A stretch of 59,771 nt of DNA from Cyanobacteria bacterium P01_D01_bin.156 (GCA_039024555.1 JBCCQQ010000037.1:1-59771), one strand, 5' to 3'. Shown: positions 1 through 11,870, counted from the stretch's first letter. A program made the numbers and translations. The notes: generated by a model from the sequence alone, not told the origin.

Positions 1-635
1 GAAAAAGCGACCATGAGTTAGTCCCCGAGTACAACTTGAAGTGCCCACTCACCTGCCGACTAATCAGCTGAGCTAAAAAGCTTAGAGGATGTAACTTCTG
101 GGTTGCACCATAACCCACAATCGAACGACTGTTCATAACTGGATGTTTAACGATACAGCAAAAAGCCAAAACCCCTCAGGGTGTTAACAGACCTGAGCGA
201 TGGGATAAAACCCCTAGTGCACGTCGGTCATAAATAAAGATATATAAGCCTTCGACTCAATTACCATACAAATGGTTTCTGAAGATATTGAAACGAACCT
301 AAGCTCAACCTAAATATTTTTTTGAACTAACAGCACTATGAAAAAATTCCACAAGTTAATCAACAGTCCGGACTATCTATCTTGATTTTATATATGTTGC
401 ACGTAAGTTTGACCTGATATTGCTCAGCGCTTGACTCTCAACCAAAATTAATCAAAATTAAAATTTAATGTAAGTAACTTACATTAAATACAGGCATATA
501 TTTTCACACAATCAGCATGATTTAGATCCGGTAACCTAAGCCTCGGTAAAGCAACCAGTTTTTTCAATGTAGAAAAATAATCTGCAGAACTAGATGAATT
601 ATGCCCATAATCAGAGCGTGAAACTGTAACAACTG

Positions 636-3302
636 TTAGGAAAGCTGTCTTAAGAGTGCTTTTATTTGGTTTTGCTGTTGCTGATCTAAAGAAACTGGAA
701 ACGATAGTTCCAAAGCAATACGATAGTCTGCAAGTCGGTCATGGGGCCTTGAAGAGGTGCGTTCCGTGACTTCAGCATAGGCATTAGTTAATTTTGGAAT
801 CAGTTCTAAACGCTCAACTTGAGCCATCAAATCGTAGGATTGGGTGCTATCAACTTTTGGATAAACTTTTACTCGTAGTAAAGGATTATTGTCTTGAAGC
901 GCGACAGCTGCAGTCGTTGCATCACCCAACAACTCTAACCGCATATCTCTTGAGCCTAGCTCAGTGATCATCGCTGCTTGAACATAACTGCCCCAGCCTT
1001 TCCATCGCAGATCACTCATTACTTCAACCTGTTTTCGCATCTTATAGCTATTTGCAGGTCGTAGATCCTGGAACGCGCGCTGTAAGCTCATTAAAATGAA
1101 TTTGAGCGAGCGCCATGGATTATCAGCATTCTCACGATTTTGGGAATACCACTTGCGGACATCTGAATAAATGACAACTGCCAGCTGATCTAGCTGAGTT
1201 TGGTTCATATCCACAAAGTTGATGGCTAACTTTGTTTGTAGTGAGTCAGTTGCAGTGGCTCTAACAATTTCAGCATTTAGGCTAGCAATGGCGCCATAGT
1301 CTCCAAAGATTTCTAACTTAATCTGCTCAGAAACGTTTGGCCAAACGTCGAGCAAAATTTGAGCCCCTGTTTCACTGATATCTACAGTAGTTCCTTCCCA
1401 TTCCTGACCATCCTCACTGTAAAGCTTGACGATCAGCTCTCGAGGTAGTCGATGAGATTGCCGTAACTGTGGCTGTTCAAAGGCTACCAGGCATGCGGCT
1501 AATACCAGCGCTAGGTTAAATAGACACCAAACAGCATTAATCAAAACAGCCTGGGTATCCAAAGGACTCAAAATTAGCCATATGGGCACAGTCAATAAAG
1601 ACGCTGCTGTAATTGCCCCCAAGACCACAAGGTAACGAACACTATCAATGTCAAAGCTACGGGACCCTACGGACAAGCCTTTATCGGTTACGTTAAACGA
1701 GCCCAAATTGGGGTTGAGTAGCGCCAGGAGTGTAACAATACCTGCCTGAAACGACATTGCAAATTCATAAATTTCATTCCAAAAAGAGAATCTTACATGC
1801 TTATAGGAAATGTGGTTTGCATGCATTGATAACACAATGTGAGGTAATGCATAAAACAAGGTTTCAATCCCCAAACCTTTTACAGGGTTAATGCCAAATA
1901 ACAAGAATAGGTTAGGAGCAACCGCATACATTAGCCGTGGAAACCCAAAGAAGAAGTGGGATGTTGCACTTAAGTAACACAACCGTTGGGAAAGCCGTAG
2001 ATTCAGTCGTCGATTAAATAAGGGATTCTCGATCCGTAAAATTTGGGCCATACCCCGAGCCCAGCGAACCTGCTGTCCCACGTAGGAGGAAAATTTCTCA
2101 GGGGCTAGACCAGCCACCATAATTTTGTCGTAGTAAACGGTACGATAGCCCAAGGAATGAAGCCGCAAAGAGGTATGACAGTCTTCAGTCACGGTCTCTG
2201 TTGCAATCCCCCCAATATCCAGCAAATATTTACGGCGAATCACCGCAGCCGAACCGCAGAAAAAGGCTGCATTCCAAAAATCATTGCCTTTTTGTAGGAC
2301 TTTGTAGAATAGCTCGTTCCCCACAGGAATTTGGCCTTGAGTTAAAAGATTTCGTTCAAACGGGTCAGGGTTATAAAACCAGTGAGGGGTTTGAACCAAA
2401 GCTACTTTTTTATCAAGGAAAAAACCAATGGTTTCCTGCAAAAAGCCTCGTACCGGAATATGGTCGCAATCCAGAATGAGTACTAGTTCACCATGGGTTT
2501 TGTTGAGAGCTGTATTAATATTTCCAGCCTTAGCATGATCGTTGTTGTCGCGGGTAAGCATAGGACATCCTAAGTCCTCACACATGGCTCGAAGGGCAAT
2601 GCGACGCTCACGATATTTTTCCGCTCTACCGTCATCTAAAACATAAACTGTCTTTTTATCGGCTGGGTAGTCAATATTTAATGCCCCTAGTACAGTTTTA
2701 CGGACAATAGCAACATCTTCATTGTAGGTCGGGATATAGATGTCAACAGTTGGCCAATTCTCTTGAGAGATCTGTGTTAGAGGAATAGGTTTGCGATCGC
2801 AGATCCTTAATGTTTGAAAATAAGAAAGCAATAGCGTAGCGATCGCATATAATTCAGCAACAAAGAGCAGAATAGAAAAGAAACCATCTAACCAAGAATC
2901 CAGATTAAGCGTGTAGTTAGAACGATAATATAGGTAACGTAGCGTTGTAATCGTGCTCAACGCTGCCATGAGTAAGTGGAGGTATTCACTGACTCGTCGA
3001 CTTGTTTGTCGATCTTCTAATCGCAACAAAAACTGCCCAATCATGAGCAGAACGACAGCAACAAGGCCTTGTTGCAAGATAGTTGGCCGAGCAGTCATGA
3101 TTGGCCAGGCAAACATTGTCAAACAGGCCGCTAAGATCAGCAACTGGCGCTTATTTAACCACCTCAAGCTCCAATCAAACCAGTTAGGTAAAGTTATGAT
3201 CAATAACTCTATTAACAGCGGTCGAACCTGAGTAGACAAGTAAGTGTCAATCAGACGTTGAATGTTTTTTAATTGCCGTCCAGGAATAAGTCTTCCAGTC
3301 AT
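636..3302 (-). CDS. bcsA: Cellulose synthase catalytic subunit (GT2) with PilZ domain
   Basis: GT2 processive motifs LDDG, HAKAGN, LDCDH, QTPH, FFCGS, TED, QQVRW; multiple TM segments; PilZ motifs RQSHR...DISETG. Confidence 0.93.
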   Translation of the reverse strand: MTGRLIPGRQLKNIQRLIDTYLSTQVRPLLIELLIITLPNWFDWSLRWLNKRQLLILAACLTMFAWPIMTARPTILQQGLVAVVLLMIGQFLLRLEDRQTSRRVSEYLHLLMAALSTITTLRYLYYRSNYTLNLDSWLDGFFSILLFVAELYAIATLLLSYFQTLRICDRKPIPLTQISQENWPTVDIYIPTYNEDVAIVRKTVLGALNIDYPADKKTVYVLDDGRAEKYRERRIALRAMCEDLGCPMLTRDNNDHAKAGNINTALNKTHGELVLILDCDHIPVRGFLQETIGFFLDKKVALVQTPHWFYNPDPFERNLLTQGQIPVGNELFYKVLQKGNDFWNAAFFCGSAAVIRRKYLLDIGGIATETVTEDCHTSLRLHSLGYRTVYYDKIMVAGLAPEKFSSYVGQQVRWARGMAQILRIENPLFNRRLNLRLSQRLCYLSATSHFFFGFPRLMYAVAPNLFLLFGINPVKGLGIETLFYALPHIVLSMHANHISYKHVRFSFWNEIYEFAMSFQAGIVTLLALLNPNLGSFNVTDKGLSVGSRSFDIDSVRYLVVLGAITAASLLTVPIWLILSPLDTQAVLINAVWCLFNLALVLAACLVAFEQPQLRQSHRLPRELIVKLYSEDGQEWEGTTVDISETGAQILLDVWPNVSEQIKLEIFGDYGAIASLNAEIVRATATDSLQTKLAINFVDMNQTQLDQLAVVIYSDVRKWYSQNRENADNPWRSLKFILMSLQRAFQDLRPANSYKMRKQVEVMSDLRWKGWGSYVQAAMITELGSRDMRLELLGDATTAAVALQDNNPLLRVKVYPKVDSTQSYDLMAQVERLELIPKLTNAYAEVTERTSSRPHDRLADYRIALELSFPVSLDQQQQNQIKALLRQLS

Positions 3303-3303
3303 A

Positions 3304-5718
3304 TTAAAGTTCTCCTGGAGCAGAAGGATCAGCCATCATACCAGGTGTAGTCATGGCTTCATTGCGCTTCAGATATGCCTGCACTACACCATAAAGTAAA
3401 AGAGAAAGAACAATGATTCCAGGTATTAGCAAAAACCAATTCCCCTGAATCACCGTAATTGCCCTCTGAAACGTACTCTCTTCCTGTACATCTCGCTGAT
3501 CTGAACGCTGCAAAAACTCCAGGTTGTAGGCATTTTCATCATAGGGAGATGGATTTTCGTCATTGGCACTAATTAAGACGGTATCTCCCTGAATTTGATA
3601 AAAGAGAGAATCAAGTTCCAAAAGCTCTTTCAACTGATTAAGACCAGACTCATTCTGAGCTGTCATAGTCAGCAGAACCCGAGATTCATTCCAGGGTGAT
3701 AGTTGCTGTTGCAACACACCTTCTGCATCAGGCAGAGTTTGAACTTGGCTTTCGCCCCACTGGCGAGCCCCATCCTTAACATTCAACTCAGCGCTTTCTA
3801 AAGCTTCGGCTAGAGGAAACTGCGCGCGTAATCCAATGGCCACTAAATGCTGTGACTCTTGGACCTCTTGGGGCAGTTTACTAACAGGATAAACTGTCAG
3901 ACCTACTGCCTCAGAACGACTCAGGCGACCAAACCGTTCACTTAGCTCCAACATAACCGCTAGCTCAGTCATACTGGCCTGATTAGGCATAACAATAGCT
4001 GTGCGGGATAAATCCTGGGGAGAAGCAAATGGGTAACCCGCTTTGAGTAAATTAAGATCGGGCAGCTTGGCAACCTGCTGTCGATTCAAATTAAAGCTAC
4101 TATCACTGTGGATAGTGCCCCACAATTGGTGATCCGTTACTCGACTACAAGAACGTCGCTCCCTGGGGTCGAATCTTAAATATACTTTGAGGCGCGACTG
4201 AGGCGTAATGTGTTGCTCTGGCAACTCTACCTTTAAATTGGCTCGCCGTTTACCATCGATAGAATCCAGACGACGACCCGCTACAGTAATTCCGTCTAAC
4301 TGTACTTCAACTAGGGATGTCAACGGATTAACCTGAGGCCCATAGGTATAGCGCAGGTTCATAACGTTGCCCGGCAAAAAGCGATCATCTGGCAGGGCCT
4401 TAAAGTCAAACTCAAACGGGGGGGCATGAGCTCCTCGGATCACCACATCTTCAATAGGTTCATTATTAAAACTAGTCAAATCACCCAGATCAAAATTGTC
4501 CGTTAAGGGTAAGTAACGCGGCCAGTCACGGATATCTGGAGAAGGAATGCTCTCTACTTCATCTACTAAAACAACTTGACCAGCACTTATCTTACGATCC
4601 TCGGACTGAGTTAAAAACTGCACTGCCTTGGAAACAGCTGTTGGGCCATTTCCGGTCGCAATGAGGACAGGAGACTGCTTTTCCTCAACAACAGTCCACA
4701 TCAAAATACCGGTATCCGAGGAAATCAGAGTTTGTTTATCATCTAACCAACGGTTATTTTTGAGCTCTAGGGGTAGCTCTAACTCCTCCAGCATAGGTTG
4801 TTGAGATGGAGTGCCCACAATAACCAAGCGATTGCCCTTAGCCACATCATCCAACTTCTCTACTAAATCTGTTTCCAAGGGGCGGTAGTCGGCAATGCGC
4901 CCCAGGGACGTCTGCAACTGAGAAATGGACGTTAGCCAAGTCTGATCTTGGCTAGTTGGAAGCACATAATCGATATGATTTGTTTCTAAACTTAGAACAT
5001 CAATTAATGGATATGGATAGCTGTTGAAATCTAGCTGAAAAGGCTCCGCATCATAGTTAAATACTAGTTTAGAGTCAGGCAGAATCTCCGTCCAAAGAGA
5101 TGGATCAAAGGGATCTTGAGTACACGTGGGAGAGTTATTTTGTAACCCTGCAATAATTAGCTCGTTATAGTCCTTTAAAATACGAGTAGGAATATCAAAA
5201 ACAATCGTTCCTGTATCTCCTTGTCTCAGGTTTAACGGCACACTTCCTACATTATTGTCGTTGACAATAACATTTAGATTAGAACGTGTTGCATAAAGAG
5301 CCCCCGAGTGACGGTATCGCAATAAAATCTTGACGGATTGTACAGACCAATTTCTAGGGCGAGTAAACCTTAAACGAGATTCGTTATAAATTCCTTCTAG
5401 ACGAAGACGTGTGCCCACTACAGGACTACGATTGAATTCTAAGATGTATTGACTACCGTCTCCCTGCTCTAGCGCTGCTGCTGCTGCATCTTGCTGTAAA
5501 TCACGTCCTGCAGTTGCCCCATCTGCATTGCGGTTACGCCGATCGCTAGAGGTGCCCGCTTCGGCAGCATTATCAGCAGCGCCAGGTGATGATGTCACCT
5601 GGGCTATGCCAGGGCCTAGCGTGGTAACTAATAACAGAACAGATAAAAATAACGAGATAAATAGTCGTTTTCTTATTAGCCTTAAAAACACTGATATAAG
5701 CACTCCCCCTAGATACAT
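3304..5718 (-). CDS. bcsB: Cellulose synthase periplasmic subunit BcsB-like
   Basis: N-terminal signal, large soluble domain, single C-terminal TM helix; stop codon lies 1 nt from the bcsA start; resembles cyanobacterial BcsB family. Confidence 0.8.
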   Translation of the reverse strand: MYLGGVLISVFLRLIRKRLFISLFLSVLLLVTTLGPGIAQVTSSPGAADNAAEAGTSSDRRNRNADGATAGRDLQQDAAAAALEQGDGSQYILEFNRSPVVGTRLRLEGIYNESRLRFTRPRNWSVQSVKILLRYRHSGALYATRSNLNVIVNDNNVGSVPLNLRQGDTGTIVFDIPTRILKDYNELIIAGLQNNSPTCTQDPFDPSLWTEILPDSKLVFNYDAEPFQLDFNSYPYPLIDVLSLETNHIDYVLPTSQDQTWLTSISQLQTSLGRIADYRPLETDLVEKLDDVAKGNRLVIVGTPSQQPMLEELELPLELKNNRWLDDKQTLISSDTGILMWTVVEEKQSPVLIATGNGPTAVSKAVQFLTQSEDRKISAGQVVLVDEVESIPSPDIRDWPRYLPLTDNFDLGDLTSFNNEPIEDVVIRGAHAPPFEFDFKALPDDRFLPGNVMNLRYTYGPQVNPLTSLVEVQLDGITVAGRRLDSIDGKRRANLKVELPEQHITPQSRLKVYLRFDPRERRSCSRVTDHQLWGTIHSDSSFNLNRQQVAKLPDLNLLKAGYPFASPQDLSRTAIVMPNQASMTELAVMLELSERFGRLSRSEAVGLTVYPVSKLPQEVQESQHLVAIGLRAQFPLAEALESAELNVKDGARQWGESQVQTLPDAEGVLQQQLSPWNESRVLLTMTAQNESGLNQLKELLELDSLFYQIQGDTVLISANDENPSPYDENAYNLEFLQRSDQRDVQEESTFQRAITVIQGNWFLLIPGIIVLSLLLYGVVQAYLKRNEAMTTPGMMADPSAPGEL

Positions 5719-6471
5719 ACCCAGGTCAAAATAATCAATTTATTTACTGCAGCTGCTCACCTTAAACCCAAACAAACCCTGACAAGCCTTGAACAAGAGC
5801 TTTATCAAGAATTATCAGCTGTAAAATGTCTCGAAAGGGATATTCCCATAATTTCTTGCTTAACCATAGACTCCGTCTTCAATCTCGCTTACTCATAAAG
5901 GCTAATCTTTTTAAGAACTAACGTAGGATATTAGGCATACTGAATAGCCCTAACTTCACATACCAGTTGTAATCTGAGAAATCCGGTAAACTTCTGGCAA
6001 GTTACAGTTTAGACACGTCTCTCTATATAAATCTTCTATCACTAATATCCATCAATATTCATTGCTGAGCGTGAGATATTCTCACTGACGTAGGGAAGTA
6101 AAAATATCTGTGAAGACCAGATAAAAACAAATGCTTTCCCATATTTTTTCTGTAAACCTTACGGCTAACGTCCGTCAGACTCTTTTGTAACTTTGTAACG
6201 TCAGCAAAGCCATAGATGCCTATTGACAAGGGCTAAATCACATTTTCTCCCTTAGAAGAATTTATGTACGGTCAGGACTTTTTCCTGTCCGGCAGCAAAA
6301 TCTCTTGTATTTGCTTTTACTATCTCAATATCCTCCGATCAATTACTTTTATTCAAATGCGAGGCCCGGCAATGAAATGCTTTTACCACTGCTGGGAAAA
6401 CTGTTCAACAATAATGCTGGGTCTATACCAAATTTATATTGCACTAAATACAGTTACAAATATTCAAAACG

Positions 6472-7206
6472 ATGCAAAATCGCCTCCGTGCTATCAATAT
6501 TCTATTTATTAGTAGTCTTACTGGACTTTTAGGAAGCTGTGGTTTGACCATTCAAACGCCTAACAATCCAGTTTTAATTAATCGTTTACCAGTTGCGGAA
6601 ATGGATTTTTCGGTGGAATCCGGTAATCGTAGTTATACCTATAACATTCAGGGAACGGCTAATTTCCCCAACCAAACTGAGCTAAATTTGTTGGCACTGC
6701 GTCAACTGACACCCCGGGATGAGACAACGGAACCTAAGCCTACGTACTCTATTTTGGATTACCAAGTGGTGCGTGTACAAAATGGCCGCTGGCAAGGGGA
6801 CTTAACCCTGAGGCAGCTAGCTGATGATGGGAGTCGCAAAGAGGCTTGGCAACTGGATCAATCAGAGCTGGAAATGGATGTAGTACCGACGGATGATGTC
6901 ATCGTTACAGTGACCTACACACCATTAGATCAATTAACCACATTAGAGCGAATTCTTGCACAACAAGGACTTCGAGTTTCTCCAGATTTACTGCAAACCA
7001 CTCTTGAGGGGCGCCGTTATCTGGAAATAACTAAGGTATTGGATATACCTGCAGATAATCAGGTCAGTAATCGTCCAAAGCTTTATAACGATGGCTGGGG
7101 TACTCGTCATCTTTTAATTGAAGAACCCCCACTGCCCTACCAAGTCGACTTTCCTAAAGAACGTCAAACGAATCGCCCAGCAGAGCCTAAAGAGTTTTTA
7201 TATTAA
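6472..7206 (+). CDS. Hypothetical lipoprotein
   Basis: 244-aa ORF with hydrophobic N-terminus ending in lipobox-like LLGSC. Confidence 0.6.
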   Translation: MQNRLRAINILFISSLTGLLGSCGLTIQTPNNPVLINRLPVAEMDFSVESGNRSYTYNIQGTANFPNQTELNLLALRQLTPRDETTEPKPTYSILDYQVVRVQNGRWQGDLTLRQLADDGSRKEAWQLDQSELEMDVVPTDDVIVTVTYTPLDQLTTLERILAQQGLRVSPDLLQTTLEGRRYLEITKVLDIPADNQVSNRPKLYNDGWGTRHLLIEEPPLPYQVDFPKERQTNRPAEPKEFLY

Positions 7207-7232
7207 GCCTATTTACAGAGATACCTATTTGC

Positions 7233-8216
7233 TTAAGACAACATCGCTGCTTTTAAGTGGGCTGTATCAATCTCGGCCCCTGTGAGATCAGCATCGATTA
7301 AATTGGCCCCCCATAGATTGGCCCCAGACAAACAAGCATCTCTCAAATCACAGCCTTGGAGGTTAGCACCCCAAAGATCCGTCCCTGTAAAATTCACGCC
7401 AACTAGATTAGCACCACTAAGATCAACACCAATTAACACTAGATTACTTAAATCAGCCGCCCATAGGGATTGATGAGGCCCTAGACAATAGACACCTGCC
7501 CACTCCCAGTCAAAGTCATCAGGCCACTGGGTTGTCTGATCGCAAACAGCTCCTAGCAAGCAGGTTTGCTTTAGATCGGTTTGCTTTAGATCTACGCCAA
7601 ATAAGGTTGCTTTTGTTAAGTTGGCACGAGTTAAATTTGTGCCTTTTAATTTAGCGCGTTGCAGGTTGGCATTTGTCAAATTGCTGGAGTTTAAGTTGGC
7701 GTAACTAAGATCGGCTTCTGTCAGTTGTGTCTTTAACAACCAGGAGCCTAGTAAGTTTGTATTAACTAATTCGGCACCCGCTAGATCGCTATAACTTAGA
7801 TCTATTCCACCTAGGTCACACTGACTGAGATTAGAGTCAACTAAAACAGATTTAGGACCTAACTTGTGGATACCTGCCTGTAAAAGATCAAAGTTTTCTG
7901 GAAACTGGGTTTGCTTATTTGCGATCGCATCTTGAAAATTCGCCTCTTCTACCTGAGCATCTTTCAAACAAGCTCCTCGCAAATCAGCTCCCTGAAAATT
8001 TGTGCGACGTAAATTTGCCCGACGTAGATCTGCGCCACGGAGATCGCCCCCGCTAAAATCTACATCCGCCAAGTGAGCATCAACTAAGTTACATCCCAAT
8101 AGATCAATGTCAGCCAGCACATACTGAGATAACCGAATAGCCGGCATTTGACAATAGCTAAAATCTCGCCGCCCTTTTGCATATGCAGCAATCAATTGGG
8201 AGGATAAATCAGCCAT
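7233..8216 (-). CDS. Pentapeptide repeat protein
   Basis: Many A(D/N)LxG-type pentapeptides in three blocks separated by T-x-F/W-P-x-x-F-D linkers. Confidence 0.92.
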   Translation of the reverse strand: MADLSSQLIAAYAKGRRDFSYCQMPAIRLSQYVLADIDLLGCNLVDAHLADVDFSGGDLRGADLRRANLRRTNFQGADLRGACLKDAQVEEANFQDAIANKQTQFPENFDLLQAGIHKLGPKSVLVDSNLSQCDLGGIDLSYSDLAGAELVNTNLLGSWLLKTQLTEADLSYANLNSSNLTNANLQRAKLKGTNLTRANLTKATLFGVDLKQTDLKQTCLLGAVCDQTTQWPDDFDWEWAGVYCLGPHQSLWAADLSNLVLIGVDLSGANLVGVNFTGTDLWGANLQGCDLRDACLSGANLWGANLIDADLTGAEIDTAHLKAAMLS

Positions 8217-8293
8217 AACAATTTATACAGAGGAAATAAAAAACAGAATAAAAAGTCAGCGTTAGCCAGTTAACGACATAGTGAAAAAGTGAG

Positions 8294-9079
8294 CTATCTG
8301 AGATGCTTCGGAGGAACATACCATAGGGAATATTGCTCATGCTGTTGCTGAGTGACGATAACATCCCTGTTTTGCCCAATTAAACGGCGCGCCCAACCTA
8401 TCACCCGTTCTTTATCGGAATGACTACGCCATAAACAATAATACTTATTTTGATAACGGACTCCGAACACCATGGCATCACCTGTATCCAAGTGAGCAGG
8501 TTCTACATGTTCTAAGAATCTAAGTACAGGAACATCAGGTCCATCCGTATCCAGTTGTATCAGATCTTCTAACGCCATAGGGGATAGCTCTAAGCCATCC
8601 ATACGGTCCTGTTTGGTATATCCCTTAAAGTGAACCACCATGTGGCCTGGAGCCAGTTTCGTTGCTAAAAGACTCTGACCATTTAAGTTCATTGAACTAC
8701 CCATGGCAAGGGAACTAGGCGTTAACACTTTTTCAAAAGTACTAGTTTGGACCTCTGATTGGACATTCATCGGGCTAGCCCGAGATTCAAAGGGTTCAGG
8801 GGCTGCTGCTAGCATCCGTTTTCGACGATAAAAGCGTCGGAGCATTTCTGCCGTGAGCATCCCTGTCCCAACACTACCAATAATTGCAATACCGATGTAA
8901 CGAATAATCGGCTTAGCCGAATTGTCCAATGGACTCACTAGCTCCCCCCTAGCTTGACCAGGGGATACCCAAGTGGGCACCGAATTGGCCATTGACAACG
9001 GCAGGGTGATAACTGCGAACGCCAACCCTGAAGATACTAATGATGGTAAGAAGATGCTACGAAAGGGAGATGAGCCCAT
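8294..9079 (-). CDS. Hypothetical membrane-anchored protein
   Basis: 261-aa ORF with two N-terminal hydrophobic segments; no family recognised. Confidence 0.55.
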   Translation of the reverse strand: MGSSPFRSIFLPSLVSSGLAFAVITLPLSMANSVPTWVSPGQARGELVSPLDNSAKPIIRYIGIAIIGSVGTGMLTAEMLRRFYRRKRMLAAAPEPFESRASPMNVQSEVQTSTFEKVLTPSSLAMGSSMNLNGQSLLATKLAPGHMVVHFKGYTKQDRMDGLELSPMALEDLIQLDTDGPDVPVLRFLEHVEPAHLDTGDAMVFGVRYQNKYYCLWRSHSDKERVIGWARRLIGQNRDVIVTQQQHEQYSLWYVPPKHLR

Positions 9080-9690
9080 GAGTTTTTAACCTGTATTCGG
9101 TGAATAATAACGCAGGGTTAAAGGCAATATCTGTATGTTCTCTTAAAGAATCCATGGGAAACCAGTCACGTCAGGAGGTAGTTCAAGAAACCCGCAGGAT
9201 AGCTATTACTATTTCAAACATTTTTTTAAGTATTGATAAAGCATTAAAACCTAGGAAATATTCTGTTGACTGCCTATCGACGAGAAGTAAGAAGTGACTG
9301 TGTTATCAGAACTTGCTATTTCACCCCAAACAGCCTGACACAGCATGTAGTGGAACTAGTAGTGTCGTCGGTTAAGTCATAGCGAAAAATGATAACTGAA
9401 ACCTATGATTTCAGGCTGTTTAATCTTATTTTTTTATAGATATAGTCAGAATATTCTGGTGTGCGTCCTTGTAAATAGAACAAGCATAAACAATGCTATG
9501 GCTTTTAATTTTGTCGTGAAGGCCCCATCAACTTCTCAAACTAACTTAGTCATTGCTAATTCCAGGAACTCATTCCTCTACAGACAGTTCTGTTGAGAGG
9601 TATTTTTTTCTAGATAAACGGGTTGATGATCAGCCGCAGCAAATAACTTCTATATAAATTTTTGTTTTTACCATCGACAGTGCATAGCCT

Positions 9691-10443
9691 ATGAAACTGA
9701 ATTTTCTGCTGACCCTGTTGATCCTATCAGCTGCAACAGCCCCTTTGCTGCTACGTTTACCCCAAGTTCGTCGAGCTTTGGCAAGGTCCAGAGGACCAGT
9801 GGCGGCCTTGGCTCAGGCGGGTAATTCCCTAGATGCAATGACCGATCCTCAGCATCCCAACTACACCTGCGTTAGCTGTGATCTACGAGGAAAAGACTTT
9901 AGTAATCAAGATCTAAGCCGTGCTAACTTTTTTGGGTCTGACCTACGGGGGGCGGACTTTAGTAACAGTTTGCTAATCAATACCGTTTTTCGAGGTGCAA
10001 AACTAGACGAGGCTGATTTAAGTGGCACTAATTTACGTGGGGCCGATCTTGAAGAGGCTAGCTTGGTACGCGCTAACCTCCGAAACGCCAAAATTCTTCA
10101 AGGTACTTTAGAGTACAGCAACCTTGAACGGGCTGATCTTACTAATGCTGAGCTGCGGGACGCCAACCTGTGCTCTGCTCGCTTGGTTAACAGTAGCTTT
10201 AAGCAAGCCAGCCTATATGGAACAATTTTGCGAGCATCTGATATGACAGGGGCAAACTTTACGCGAGCTTATATGCGTTATGCAGATATGTATAACGCCA
10301 CCACTCAAGGTACGCGTTTTGACCAAGCTGATATGGCTTTTGTCACTTACCCCGATGGTTCCACAGCCCATGAAGGTTACATCAATTCAATTAATCAGAA
10401 CACCGATTGCAACATTGATGATGAGTCCAGTAGCTCACAATGA
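9691..10443 (+). CDS. Exported pentapeptide repeat protein
   Basis: Hydrophobic N-terminus, CVSCDL motif followed by pentapeptide repeats, YPDG cap. Confidence 0.9.
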   Translation: MKLNFLLTLLILSAATAPLLLRLPQVRRALARSRGPVAALAQAGNSLDAMTDPQHPNYTCVSCDLRGKDFSNQDLSRANFFGSDLRGADFSNSLLINTVFRGAKLDEADLSGTNLRGADLEEASLVRANLRNAKILQGTLEYSNLERADLTNAELRDANLCSARLVNSSFKQASLYGTILRASDMTGANFTRAYMRYADMYNATTQGTRFDQADMAFVTYPDGSTAHEGYINSINQNTDCNIDDESSSSQ

Positions 10444-10507
10444 ACTAGGATGCACCGCGTATAGCAGAAAGCGCCGTTGCGTCTCCTAAGGACTATTGGA
10501 TCAATGT

Positions 10508-11692
10508 TTAACGATCAACGGATCCCATAATCACATCAATGCTACCTAGAATAGCCATGATATCTGCGAGTTTGACGCCACGTAACAAGTGGGGCAAAAT
10601 CTGCAGGTTGTTAAAGTCTGGAGCACGGATTTTCCATCTCCAGGGATAAATGCCATCGTCACCTACGATAAATACGCCTAATTCCCCTTTCCCGCTTTCC
10701 AAACGAACATAGTGTTCTCCAGCTGGGATTTTAAATGTGGGAGCAATTTTCTTACCAATGAATTGGTAATCAAACCCATTCCATTCAGACTTGGGGCCTT
10801 CTGCCATACGTTTGGCTTCAAGGTTTTCATAAGCTCCTCCAGGAAGTCCTTTGAGAGCCTGACGAATAATTTTTACGGATTCCCGCATCTCTCGCACACG
10901 CACCACATACCGAGCGAAGCAATCACCGGCGGTTTCCCATTGAACATCCCAATCGAAGTCGTCATAACATTCGTAGTGGTCAACCTTACGCAAATCCCAC
11001 TTGACTCCAGACCCTCGAAGCATTGGGCCAGAGAGCCCCCAGTTAATGGCATCTTCACGAGTAATGGTGCCGATGCCTTCTACACGACGACGAAAGATAG
11101 GGTTATTGGTAATAAGCTTTTCGTACTCATCAACCTTCGGCAAAAAGTAATCGCAAAAGTCTTCGCACTTATCGACCCAGCCATAGGGTAAATCAGCGGC
11201 AACCCCACCAATACGAAAGTAATTGTTGTTAATCAGCCGTGCGCCCGTCGCAGCTTCCCAGAGGTCATAAATCATTTCTCGCTCACGAAAAATGTAGAAG
11301 AATGGGGTTTGCGCTCCAACATCTGCCAAAAACGGTCCTAACCACAGCAGATGGTTAGCAATGCGATTCAGCTCTAGCATAATCACACGGATGTAGCTTG
11401 CCCGTCTTGGAACCTCGATATTAGCTAGCTTTTCCGGTGCATTAACGGTTATGGCTTCGTTGAACATACCCGCCGCATAGTCCCAACGGCTGACATAGGG
11501 CACAAACATCACATTGGTGCGACTCTCGGCAATTTTCTCCATGCCGCGATGCAAGTAGCCAATCACAGGCTCACAATCAATGACATCTTCACCATCTAAA
11601 GTGACAATGAGTCGCAGTACCCCGTGCATAGAAGGGTGATGAGGTCCCATGTTGATTACCATGGGCTCAGTTCTGGTTTCGAGCCGCGTCAT
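10508..11692 (-). CDS. ndhH: NAD(P)H-quinone oxidoreductase (NDH-1) subunit H
   Basis: [25 protein letters not shown]-terminal [12 protein letters not shown]; 394 aa. Confidence 0.98.
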   Translation of the reverse strand: MTRLETRTEPMVINMGPHHPSMHGVLRLIVTLDGEDVIDCEPVIGYLHRGMEKIAESRTNVMFVPYVSRWDYAAGMFNEAITVNAPEKLANIEVPRRASYIRVIMLELNRIANHLLWLGPFLADVGAQTPFFYIFREREMIYDLWEAATGARLINNNYFRIGGVAADLPYGWVDKCEDFCDYFLPKVDEYEKLITNNPIFRRRVEGIGTITREDAINWGLSGPMLRGSGVKWDLRKVDHYECYDDFDWDVQWETAGDCFARYVVRVREMRESVKIIRQALKGLPGGAYENLEAKRMAEGPKSEWNGFDYQFIGKKIAPTFKIPAGEHYVRLESGKGELGVFIVGDDGIYPWRWKIRAPDFNNLQILPHLLRGVKLADIMAILGSIDVIMGSVDR

Positions 11693-11870
11693 AGAAACTA
11701 TGCGATATTATTCTCTGACTTACTTTAGCAAGATTCTTCGCTGAAAGCTTTAAGAAAAAAGCAATGGTATTGGTGAAGTTGTTCAAAAGTTGATTTGACT
11801 GTCTACGTATAGATAAGCCAACTATGAAACATGGATGCAAATACGTTTATCGGGTTAATGAGGTAATGCT

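Noticed and set aside
1..14. Start of a minus-strand gene (ATG GTC GCT TTT) at the window edge
   Set aside because: Only four codons are visible, which is not enough to call a gene.
5719..6471. c-di-GMP riboswitch or HLR1 in the long bcsB upstream region
   Set aside because: No GEMM-type consensus was recognisable. The TTTGTAAC direct repeat near 6184-6199 has 8-bp rather than 10-bp periodicity. The short ORFs at 6264 and 6305 look spurious.
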